Source: a virus. Taken from it: a DNA stretch of 38,868 bases. Positions 32,055 through 38,868 of this stretch are shown piece by piece. The stretch is taken from IMG/VR virus record IMGVR_UViG_3300045988_060923, one strand, 5' to 3'. Both the position numbers and the translations under genes were made by a program. Position 1 is the first letter of the stretch, and the number at the start of each line of letters is the position of its first letter. The notes beneath the pieces are model-generated. The model saw only the letters and a program-made list of their open reading frames with translations, had not been told where the DNA came from and ran no database searches.

Positions 32055-33403
32055 CTTGCGTCCTCCATCGGCTTTCCGAACCGGTCAACTTTTTCGCTGA
32101 GCCATTTGCGTAGATTCCATGTATTTGCCAGATCTGTCACTAGCAACCGGTGGCTCTTGTATTCATCAGCCATATATTCCGCCATTCCCTGCTCTGACAG
32201 CCTGTCCATGTACTCTTTTCTGGTACCATATGCCGCCTCTATGACTTCTGTTTCTTCTGTCTGCTCTCTCTCGGCCGTTTCCGGTTCAGATTCTGCTGTT
32301 TGATTTTCTGCGTCTGAGCTTTCATTTTCTCCGGTTCCATCATCCTCAACCTCCTCTTTTTCTAGTGTTTCCGTGGATTTTTGCGCGGGCGCAATTTCCT
32401 CTCTCTGGCTCTGCGCTCCTGTCTGTTCATCGGTCCTCTCTGCAGGTTCTTCACAATCTGCTTGGCCGCTTTCTTCTCCATCGGTGTCATCTTCCTCTTG
32501 TCCTGTTCCTGCTTCATCAGCTGCTCCATGATCTTCCATGCCTCCTTTCTCAATCTCCTGGACATCATCAGCGCCAGTTTCTCCAGCTGCTCCACCGTCA
32601 TCCTCTGGCTTAGGAGCTTCTGTTGCATTTTCTTCTCTTCCTGGCTCATCGGCCGTATCCTGTACTGTGCTTTCTTCATCGTCTGCTCCTCCAAAATGGT
32701 TCTGCCATGTCTTAGGTCCTGCTGCCGTATCATCGAAAATCTCCCTTGTCAGCTGATAGAACTCCCACCAGGTCATATCCTTTGGCGTATCTCCGAATTT
32801 CTTAAATGTGACACGGTTTTCATACATCATCATGAAATACAGTCCTTTTTTGTACGAACGGTTTCCGGCCGGATTTACTATTTCAATGAATCTGTTGATT
32901 GTCTGCTCATCAAACTCCTCGCCATATACTGCATTGAGTATGAGTTCGTTGTCCTGATAGAATTTTTCGACCAGCTGACTGATATCATCAGCCACGCCTG
33001 CTGCCGGTTCGGTTTTGTTAAACCTTTTCAGCTCTCTGATATCCTCTCTGGACGTTTCCGGTTGAATCATCTGTCTGTCAGCGTCTGGCAGTTTCAGCAT
33101 CTCCTCCAACTGGCTCCTGCCCAGTTCTGCATATTCCGGCCGGAGCTGTTCGGAATATCCGTCAATAGAATACTCCCGGTTGATGCTCATAAACCTGCTT
33201 GTGATAGACGGTCCCAGGCCATACTCGGCCTGAGCAAATTCCGCTATGCTTTTGTATCCGTCCTGTTCGTAGAGCTTCTGATCGTCAATCTGTCTCAGAG
33301 CGTATCCGATCCGGACAAAACTCTGTTTCACTCCCAGGAGTTCCTGTTTCAATTTCTGTTTCATCTGTACCCAGTCATCCAGGGTCATCTGCACATATTC
33401 CAT
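32051..33403 (-). CDS. ParB/KorB-like DNA-binding protein with long acidic disordered region
   Basis: The N-terminal FVRIGYALRQIDDQKLYEQDGYKSIAEFAQAEYGLGPSITSRFMSI resembles ParB-type HTH regions. Residues ~240-400 are a D/E/T/G-rich low-complexity tract. Confidence 0.4.
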   Translation of the reverse strand: MEYVQMTLDDWVQMKQKLKQELLGVKQSFVRIGYALRQIDDQKLYEQDGYKSIAEFAQAEYGLGPSITSRFMSINREYSIDGYSEQLRPEYAELGRSQLEEMLKLPDADRQMIQPETSREDIRELKRFNKTEPAAGVADDISQLVEKFYQDNELILNAVYGEEFDEQTINRFIEIVNPAGNRSYKKGLYFMMMYENRVTFKKFGDTPKDMTWWEFYQLTREIFDDTAAGPKTWQNHFGGADDEESTVQDTADEPGREENATEAPKPEDDGGAAGETGADDVQEIEKGGMEDHGAADEAGTGQEEDDTDGEESGQADCEEPAERTDEQTGAQSQREEIAPAQKSTETLEKEEVEDDGTGENESSDAENQTAESEPETAEREQTEETEVIEAAYGTRKEYMDRLSEQGMAEYMADEYKSHRLLVTDLANTWNLRKWLSEKVDRFGKPMEDAR

Positions 33404-33413
33404 CTTTACCTCC

Positions 33414-35546
33414 TTACGCTATGGCCGCCGTCTGGATTGTTTCCGTCAGCGTTCCTGTTTTCAGTTTCATCAGCCAGTTGTTCAGCCATGACTGCATATT
33501 CTTTTCATCTGGTTTTTTGTCCTTGTCCCCGTACCACTGCAATATCCTTGGATTTTTTGCGTCTATCTCAACCGTGATGTACGGAATGTCCGGCTCTGCT
33601 TTGAATCTCAGCATCAAAATATATGTCTCTCCTTTGTTATGTCTGCCCAGGTACATATTTCCTCCCACGCAATGATGGAGCAGGCGCCCCTCCATGACAA
33701 TTTCCTCTGCCGATCTGGCCGGTCTGATGATATATTTATCATCTTCGTAGAGATATTTATTTCTGAGTCCTCTGTAAACGTGCCGAATCTCTGGATAACG
33801 TTCTGCCACCTCTTTGAGGTGTTTGTCCATTTCTTCTTTGTTGGTTTCCATGACCATTTTGTTATGTTCCGCCTCTAAGTCCTGTGGCTGTTGATATACC
33901 GTGTTGTTGAGGTCGTATCCCAGGTTTATTCTCATGCTCAGATAGTCTGCATAGGTTGTGGCCGTGTGTCTGATTCTGGCTAAAGCACTGCTGCACTCTG
34001 TCCCATACTTACAGCCAGCGTATTTCTCTATACGGTTGAGTAATTTTTGCAATGTCATGTATCTGGTGGCCGTTTCCACCTGTGTTCCACTCAAATCCGT
34101 TTCTGCCAGATGCTCCACCTGTTCATCCGTCCAGTTCTGTCCCTGGCGTTTCTCCATCTGCATGACTCCCAGTAGGTGTGTGTCTCCTTTCTTTCTGATG
34201 AGCTGCTTTACTCTTTCCTTTCGGATTCCCAGAAACTGATCCGGCCGTCTTGCATTCTCATCAGCAACAATGCCGTAGTAACATTTGACCAGTTTTTCTA
34301 CCACATCGGTCAGTCCCATTTTTACCAGAACCTCAATCTGTGGCGTCTGACTGTAACGCTCCAGGTAGTTAATCGGATTGACCTCCCTGACGTTCTTTGC
34401 ATATTCCTGTAATGCACTGTACTGGAATATTGTCCCTTTCATTTCTTCGTATGTCTCTGACATGATCAGACCGGCACTGATAGGGATATTTGCCATTCCA
34501 TACAAATTGCAGTCATCCCAGAAATCTTTCCCCATGTACGGATTATGTTTGTGATAGTCTATCTGGACTTTTTTCCCTGGCTCAAAATATGCTCTCGCAA
34601 TCTCCACTCCGGAGAGTTCTTCACTTGCGTTGTACATCTCCGGACCTTTATCCCCACAAATGAATCCTAGTGTCCACTTTTTCCCAACTTCCACATAACG
34701 CATGACCATTCCGTTTTCTTTGTACTTCTGTCCCAGGAATAGATAGATATATTTGTCATGAGTGCCTTTCACTTTTCCCTGGCACTTGTACTCTCCACGC
34801 GCTCCGCACATTGGACAGGTGCCATAGTGCCCCTCTCTCGGTTCTTCCGTCCATCTCTGGAACTGGCTTTCGTAGGAAATTCCGCTTTTCCATCTCGCAT
34901 CTGTAACTCCTCCGCACTTGCTGCAGGCTATATGTGCCCAGCAACCATGCTTTTTGTAATACAGATAATGCTGATTGTGAAAATACAATCTGTCAGCTCT
35001 GTCCAGGATCTCTTTCTCCGGCAGTTCTTTTGTGTGCGCCATTCTATCTGCCAGTGCCTCCTGGCGGCGCATATACACCTTGTGTTCTCTGTTCCGTCTT
35101 GCCGTTGTTACAATATCGTCCTCATGTTTGTATATGTATTCCCACCAGTGCTCCTCGTTGTATACGTTGGCTTTGCAGAACTTCTTTATCCTTTCCAGAT
35201 CCTCTGTGCTCTGGAGTATATTTTCTTTTTTCTCCTGCTCCCATGTGGGATGTTCTTCTCCCCATATCACTCGGCCATAACAGCTGTCCGGCTTTATTTT
35301 CTGCCTCGTCCATTCTTCCTTTTCCGGCCAATATGTGCCGAAATCCTTTTTTGTGAGCACGATCCGCACCATCGGTATTTCTTTTGATGCTTTTTTGTTC
35401 CTGTATACTTCCAGGAAAAGATGCTTTTCGTGTCCAACAATCTTGACCGCCGTGACACCAATGTATTTGACATCTTTCTTTCTGCTGGTTTTCTTTAACC
35501 CGAAATACGGTATTTTTTCAATCGCTTTCTTTTTCATCCGTCCCAC
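33414..35546 (-). CDS. PcfJ-like protein
   Basis: 710 aa. The C-terminal MEGRLLHHCVGGNMYLGRHNKGETYILMLRF matches the PcfJ-domain signature as I recall it. There is an internal zinc ribbon (CSKCGG...CPMCG). A PcfK-like gene is adjacent. Confidence 0.5.
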   Translation of the reverse strand: MGRMKKKAIEKIPYFGLKKTSRKKDVKYIGVTAVKIVGHEKHLFLEVYRNKKASKEIPMVRIVLTKKDFGTYWPEKEEWTRQKIKPDSCYGRVIWGEEHPTWEQEKKENILQSTEDLERIKKFCKANVYNEEHWWEYIYKHEDDIVTTARRNREHKVYMRRQEALADRMAHTKELPEKEILDRADRLYFHNQHYLYYKKHGCWAHIACSKCGGVTDARWKSGISYESQFQRWTEEPREGHYGTCPMCGARGEYKCQGKVKGTHDKYIYLFLGQKYKENGMVMRYVEVGKKWTLGFICGDKGPEMYNASEELSGVEIARAYFEPGKKVQIDYHKHNPYMGKDFWDDCNLYGMANIPISAGLIMSETYEEMKGTIFQYSALQEYAKNVREVNPINYLERYSQTPQIEVLVKMGLTDVVEKLVKCYYGIVADENARRPDQFLGIRKERVKQLIRKKGDTHLLGVMQMEKRQGQNWTDEQVEHLAETDLSGTQVETATRYMTLQKLLNRIEKYAGCKYGTECSSALARIRHTATTYADYLSMRINLGYDLNNTVYQQPQDLEAEHNKMVMETNKEEMDKHLKEVAERYPEIRHVYRGLRNKYLYEDDKYIIRPARSAEEIVMEGRLLHHCVGGNMYLGRHNKGETYILMLRFKAEPDIPYITVEIDAKNPRILQWYGDKDKKPDEKNMQSWLNNWLMKLKTGTLTETIQTAAIA

Positions 35547-36032
35547 CTACTTTCCCATGTAGTAGTCCGTGATGATCTGCTTTGCTCTGGCCATGCCCGG
35601 GATCCCCAGCGTGACCTTTCCTGCAGATACGCCTGCTGCCTTGATGATATCCTTGTCCACGGTCTGCTGATTCTTGAACGACCACATCAAAAGCGCTGCT
35701 ATGCAGCCTTTCAGTGACTTTCCTTTCTTCCGGACATTGAATGCCAGCAACTCATTTTCCATGCACTGGCCTCTCAGGTACTCCACCCAGTCCTCCATGA
35801 TTTCTTTCGGTTTCAGTTCTGCCACCTCAACGTCAATCTTTCCCAGTGCCGCTGTCAGCTGATCGCACAGTACCGGGATTTCTCCCTGCAGATACATATC
35901 CACGAAATCACTCTGGATTCCGTTCTCCTTTGCCATGGCTTTCAGTGACTCTGTATCTCCCTCATTGAACAGATTCTCTGCAAGCTCATTGATTTCTCCA
36001 AAAGAATTGAGTTCTCCAAACTTCTCAAACAT
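35547..36032 (-). CDS. PcfK-like / AcrIIA9-family protein (candidate anti-CRISPR)
   Basis: 161 aa. VEYLRGQCMENELLAFNVRKKGKSLKGCIAALL and the C-terminal GIPGMARAKQIITDYY resemble PcfK-like proteins. It pairs with the PcfJ-like gene, as on pCF10-type elements. Confidence 0.45.
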   Translation of the reverse strand: MFEKFGELNSFGEINELAENLFNEGDTESLKAMAKENGIQSDFVDMYLQGEIPVLCDQLTAALGKIDVEVAELKPKEIMEDWVEYLRGQCMENELLAFNVRKKGKSLKGCIAALLMWSFKNQQTVDKDIIKAAGVSAGKVTLGIPGMARAKQIITDYYMGK

Positions 36033-36034
36033 GT

Positions 36035-36325
36035 CTATTCCTCCTTTTTTCCAAATTCCAGACCCAACTTTTTCCCATCTTCCAGGATCTGCTGCATCTC
36101 TGCCTCACACTCTCCAGGACGCTGCACCGGTGCAAACGTCATTCTGGTGCCGTTCTTTGTCGGTTTTCCCATTTTCTGTAGTACCGCGCCTTTTGTCTGG
36201 AGTTCGTCCAGTCTGATGCAGATGGCTGCGATCTGGTATATTCTCTCTTTCTCATCGAACAGCTTTTTTGTCATTCTCGGAAACATCAGCTGATATTTCA
36301 TGATTGTGATCTTGTGTTCCATCAT
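36035..36325 (-). CDS. Hypothetical protein (96 aa)
   Basis: RBS AAGAGGGA before ATGATG. Confidence 0.5.
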   Translation of the reverse strand: MMEHKITIMKYQLMFPRMTKKLFDEKERIYQIAAICIRLDELQTKGAVLQKMGKPTKNGTRMTFAPVQRPGECEAEMQQILEDGKKLGLEFGKKEE

Positions 36326-36752
36326 CGTCCCTCTTTCGCTTTTCTATTTCTCCCTGCAGCCAGCCGGTGTATTCATGCTTTCCCGGCTCTGTCAGTATGA
36401 GATGCCTGTTTGACAGTCTCCATATCTCCATCCACTCCTGCTGATTGGCCACTGGTTTCCTCTTACTTGTCAGAAACTCATTTCCGGCCCATATTGCCAG
36501 GTTGCGTTCCAGCATATTGAGAACGAAATCATCCTCTGTGCAGATGCAGACCTCGCAGGACTGGTTGAACCTGTCCAGGGCTTTTGCCAGTGCTGTCAGT
36601 ACGGTCTGATGATATGTCCCTGTTATCTTTCCAAAACCCTCACGGGTTACTGCCTGGCCGGAGACCATTACCTCCAGCACATATCCATAGTGTTTCTCTG
36701 TTGCTTTCGGAGAGGAGCTGTCTGTCTCTATGTAGATTTTTACCTGCTGCAT
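36252..36752 (-). CDS. RNase H-like domain protein
   Basis: VKIYIETDSS / HYGYVLE / TYHQTVLTALAKALDRF / CEVCICTEDDFV align by eye to RNase HI motifs (IFTDGS / GYGAIL / NNRMELMAAIVALEAL / VILSTDSQYV). Confidence 0.55.
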   Translation of the reverse strand: MQQVKIYIETDSSSPKATEKHYGYVLEVMVSGQAVTREGFGKITGTYHQTVLTALAKALDRFNQSCEVCICTEDDFVLNMLERNLAIWAGNEFLTSKRKPVANQQEWMEIWRLSNRHLILTEPGKHEYTGWLQGEIEKRKRDDDGTQDHNHEISADVSENDKKAVR

Positions 36753-36753
36753 T

Positions 36754-37515
36754 TTATTCCCGCCTCCTTTTCAACCGGATCATGGTATATCTCCGGTATT
36801 TGTACCCCGTTACCGGATTGATACCCTCATGGATCTTGGCAATGTAATATCCTTTTTTGGGTTTTGGTTCTTCTTTCCATCTTCGGAGCTTGTCAACCTT
36901 TGGCTCCGGCAATGGCATATTGCGACTTGTGTTATAACTTGCCTCGCTGAGTCTCGGTTTTCCCGGTTTCCCGTCTTTCTTCTCCTCAGTTGTATGCTCA
37001 TCCTTGGTCATGTAGTTGGCTAGCTTTGTGAAATCCTCGTCATAGTATTTGCTATTCTTGATTTCAATGGACCAGGTTCCTCCCTTTGTCCATGCCTTTG
37101 TGATGATACTGGCTGTGTCTCCAATCTCATTGATGACCAGATGGATATGCCAGGCTCCCTTTGTGCCTCTCTCTATGTTTCTGATCCAGAAAACCTCATA
37201 TCCTCGTTTCTTGAACTCACGTCTCACATATCTCATAGCTTTCTGAAAATCTTTCAATGCCGCCTGCATATCTGGTGGCCTGTTTCTCACTTCATAGGTC
37301 CATGTCGCAAAGATGTCTCCCTGTCTGAAATACTCCAGCATTCTCTGTCTGCACCTCTTGGCTTTGTTCTGAGCATTGACCGCCCTCATCTGTTCCTCTG
37401 TCGGTTTGGCTCTCTTTGCTCTCCCTGTTCCAGGACCTCCATACCTGCCATCATGGAACTCTTCTACATCAATGACATCTCCCTGTCTGAACCTGTATCT
37501 TTTTCTCTTAACCAT
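36754..37515 (-). CDS. HUH-superfamily rolling-circle replication initiator (Rep)
   Basis: Motif I FATWTY, motif II (HUH) AWHIHLVIN and motif III YMTK (LANYMTKDE) occur in canonical order. 253 aa. Confidence 0.75.
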   Translation of the reverse strand: MVKRKRYRFRQGDVIDVEEFHDGRYGGPGTGRAKRAKPTEEQMRAVNAQNKAKRCRQRMLEYFRQGDIFATWTYEVRNRPPDMQAALKDFQKAMRYVRREFKKRGYEVFWIRNIERGTKGAWHIHLVINEIGDTASIITKAWTKGGTWSIEIKNSKYYDEDFTKLANYMTKDEHTTEEKKDGKPGKPRLSEASYNTSRNMPLPEPKVDKLRRWKEEPKPKKGYYIAKIHEGINPVTGYKYRRYTMIRLKRRRE

Positions 37516-37553
37516 AGTCTCTGTGTCCTATCTTTAATATCTTTATCAAGTCC

Positions 37554-37584
37554 GAACGGGGTCAGCTCATGCCCCGTTTTTCTT
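37554..37584 (+). terminator. Hairpin plus T-run (plus-strand terminator-like; also lies in the rep 5' leader)
   Basis: AACGGGG (37555-37561) pairs with CCCCGTT (37572-37578) across a 10-nt loop, followed by TTTTCTT on the plus strand. Confidence 0.4.
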
Positions 37585-37611
37585 GACTTTTTCGGCCCAC
37601 AATGGTACTAT
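37583..37611 (+). promoter_or_regulatory. Extended -10 sigma-70 promoter on the plus strand
   Basis: TTGACT (37583-37588), a 17-nt spacer ending in TGg, then TACTAT (37606-37611). Confidence 0.5.
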
Positions 37612-37612
37612 G

Positions 37613-37640
37613 ATTCTAGGTTATTCACGTTTATTGTGAA
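37613..37640 (-). promoter_or_regulatory. Candidate rep promoter overlapping the opposing plus-strand promoter
   Basis: The minus strand reads TTCACA (37640->37635), 16 nt, then TAGAAT (37618->37613). Confidence 0.35.
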
Positions 37641-37672
37641 CCGGCTGGCGTCTCCGAAACGTCAGCTTTTTT
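37618..37672 (+). ncRNA. Predicted ~55-nt small RNA (promoter plus orientation-specific intrinsic terminator), antisense to the inter-ORF region upstream of rep
   Basis: The terminator is GCTGGCGT (37644-37651), a 7-nt loop, then ACGTCAGC (37659-37666). One pair is G-U on the plus strand but A-C on the minus strand. It is followed by TTTTTT. There is no ATG in the unit. Confidence 0.4.
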
Positions 37673-37677
37673 ATTGT

Positions 37678-37857
37678 TCAAATTACTGCCTCCACGGTTA
37701 CTCCGAACTCTTTCGCTACCTGTTCGGCATATTCCCGGCATTCTTCCAAACTTCCGGATCTGCAGATCATATATCCAACCTCTCCGGATGGAAATGTCAC
37801 AGGTCCGCTCCATCTGATAATCTTCACAGGATTCTCTCCCATTACATGTCTACTCAT
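37678..37857 (-). CDS. Hypothetical small protein (59 aa, one codon below the ORF-track cutoff)
   Basis: Hand translation gives MSRHVMGENPVKIIRWSGPVTFPSGEVGYMICRSGSLEECREYAEQVAKEFGVTVEAVI*. RBS AAAGGA lies 7 nt before the ATG. Confidence 0.5.
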   Translation of the reverse strand: MSRHVMGENPVKIIRWSGPVTFPSGEVGYMICRSGSLEECREYAEQVAKEFGVTVEAVI

Positions 37858-38136
37858 TGATTTATCCTTTCGGCGGCGCTCTTATCATGTTGACCGCTCT
37901 CCTTTGTTCGGCTCTTGTATACCGTGTTTGCCTTTTCACATTAAAAAGGACGAAAACCTGTTGAACATCCACACTCTCTCTGGTTTGGAGTGACCACCGC
38001 CATTTTTTCACGGTACCTATGCGCCAGCTGTTGGCTTGCTGTGCATATTCGCGGATGCCTTTCCGCGGATTGCGCTCTGCCGGAATCGGACCGGCCTATG
38101 GACTGCCCATGCAGAGAGCGCTCTTTCTTTTCCTCA

Positions 38137-38238
38137 TTATTTCCGTTTTGCCATTACCAGTGCGATCACTACCACTGTTAGTGCACCCAGAAAAGCTCCT
38201 GCTGCCATTCCACTCAGGAAAATCCCTACTCCTCCCAT
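38137..38238 (-). CDS. Possible 33-aa single-TM peptide
   Basis: Hand translation gives MGGVGIFLSGMAAGAFLGALTVVVIALVMAKRK*. The ATG overlaps the upstream gene's 3' end and is preceded by GAGGA. Confidence 0.3.
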   Translation of the reverse strand: MGGVGIFLSGMAAGAFLGALTVVVIALVMAKRK

Positions 38239-38501
38239 GGCTCATCCTCCTCATCTTCGTCATCATATAAATCCATCTCATCGAAAGCTCCGTTTGCGGC
38301 CATGAACATTATCAGCCACCCCCCGCCGATCACAACCATGCAGATCTGCACCGGATACCAGTCCGGTCCCCATTCTGGCATCTCTGTGATCCCGACTCCG
38401 CACAATACCAGGTATGCCGCCATGATTGCCATGGCCGTCAAAATCCATCCTCTGATTTTTCCCGCGATTCTCCGTATCTTTCGTCTCTGTTTTCTGTTCA
38501 T
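38226..38501 (-). CDS. Hypothetical membrane protein (91 aa, 2 TM, acidic tail)
   Basis: RBS AAAGGAGAAAAG before the ATG. The N-terminus is basic, followed by two hydrophobic segments and a DDEDEEDE tail. Confidence 0.6.
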   Translation of the reverse strand: MNRKQRRKIRRIAGKIRGWILTAMAIMAAYLVLCGVGITEMPEWGPDWYPVQICMVVIGGGWLIMFMAANGAFDEMDLYDDEDEEDEPWEE

Positions 38502-38527
38502 CTTTTCTCCTTTTTGCGCCCGCGCAA

Positions 38528-38776
38528 TTAGATTTCTCTCTGTGCTTTTTCTGCACTATACGTTTCTTTAGTGGCTCCGCATCGTGTAAATTCTTTATAG
38601 ATCGTATCTCTATGAACGCCGATCTCATTGGCTATATCAGCCACTTTTTTTCCAGCCTTGCTCATTCTCTCAATAATTACTCTGTCCTCATACCGGAGTC
38701 TCTTTGTCTTTTTTCTTGCCACTATGTTCACATCCTTTCCGAAAATAAAATAAGCGTGCAAGAGCTTGTTTTTCAC
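38528..38776 (-). CDS. Stand-alone IS30-type HTH (HTH_38-like) protein, paralogous to the transposase N-terminus (probable start GTG 38722)
   Basis: LRYEDRVIIERMSKAGKKVADIANEIGVHRDTIYKEF...YSAEKAQREI parallels the transposase's LKHSDRIRLEALYNAGHKVVEIAEILHVHRSTIYNEL...YSSDLAQRKC. The ORF-track start lies inside a terminator stem. RBS GGAAAGGA precedes GTG 38722. Confidence 0.65.
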   Translation of the reverse strand: MKNKLLHAYFIFGKDVNIVARKKTKRLRYEDRVIIERMSKAGKKVADIANEIGVHRDTIYKEFTRCGATKETYSAEKAQREI

Positions 38777-38868
38777 TCTTGCACGCTTTCTTTTTCTCGC
38801 CGTAAATAAAAAAGAAATCCGGCAAGAGATTTTTCTATCTCTTGTCGAATTTCATTCTACAATTTATC
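38750..38868. repeat. 119-bp terminal direct repeat, right copy
   Basis: Identical to bases 1-119 by direct reading. Confidence 0.95.

Larger units (their letters stand above)
1..38868 (-). mobile_element. Complete tailed-phage genome (siphovirus-type, probably temperate), unique length about 38,749 bp
   Basis: Contiguous replication, packaging (HNH-TerS-TerL), portal-protease-HK97 capsid, tail (MTP, G/GT, TMP, Dit, Tal, fibre), DGR, holin-endolysin and XRE/transposase modules. All but one gene are on the minus strand. Window ends overlap by 119 identical bp. Confidence 0.8.

Noticed and set aside
32381-33577. Large plus-strand ORFs antisense to minus-strand genes (32381..33577 398 aa, 30750..31658 302 aa, 37141..37860 239 aa, 9456..10145 229 aa, 10146..10787 213 aa, 21056..21592, 29791..30366, 34758..35387 and others).
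   Set aside because: They are Leu/Ser/Phe/Cys-rich shadow ORFs opposite well-supported genes. They have no RBS and they break the tight minus-strand gene packing.
38096-38628. ORFs 38096..38281 (61 aa) and 38278..38628 (116 aa) on the minus strand.
   Set aside because: They are alternative frames overlapping the better-supported 38226..38501 and 38528..38776 genes. Their products are Arg-rich, with no RBS.
1-38868. Search for tRNA, rRNA or tmRNA genes and CRISPR arrays.
   Set aside because: No cloverleaf-like GC-rich ~75-nt segments and no spaced direct repeats were seen by eye. A tRNAscan-SE or minced run would be needed to confirm their absence.

Overview
The window is one complete siphovirus-type phage genome, probably temperate, from a Gram-positive (Clostridia-like) host. 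The first 119 bp are identical to the last 119 bp, so the sequence closes on itself (unique length about 38,749 bp). All genes but one lie on the minus strand. Read along the minus strand from the right end, the order is:
- Early and replication genes: a small IS30-type HTH protein, small membrane proteins, an HUH rolling-circle Rep, an RNase H-like protein, a PcfK/AcrIIA9-like plus PcfJ-like pair, an acidic ParB-like protein, a LexA-type wHTH, SSB, ASCH, DUF551 and Cys-rich/HNH-like proteins.
- Late control and packaging: a RinA/ArpU-like late activator, HNH endonuclease, TerS and TerL.
- Head: portal, ClpP-type protease, and an HK97 capsid with an Ig-like C-terminus.
- Tail: four head-tail joining proteins, major tail protein, G/GT chaperone with a -1 frameshift site, tape measure, Dit, Tal and a 769-aa fibre.
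- Downstream of the fibre: a template repeat and reverse transcriptase, small proteins, two holins and a CHAP/SH3 endolysin.
- Lysogeny end: a plus-strand PH+SHOCT moron, an XRE repressor module, and an IS30-family DDE transposase as the only recognisable recombinase.

The headline finding is a diversity-generating retroelement (DGR). A 102-bp template repeat (TR) and the 3' end of the fibre gene (variable repeat, VR) differ at 12 positions. Every one is an adenine on the TR coding strand. The adjacent RT carries YMDD and the DGR-type IGxxxSQ motif, and no Avd accessory gene is visible.

Secondary leads:
- The IS30 transposase sits in the integrase slot, with a paralogous stand-alone HTH nearby.
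- A promoter is followed by twin terminators in the junction region.
- A promoter-plus-terminator unit of about 55 nt lies on the plus strand upstream of rep.
- There is a candidate anti-CRISPR (PcfK-like) gene.

All functional calls come from by-eye motif recognition only. No database search was run.
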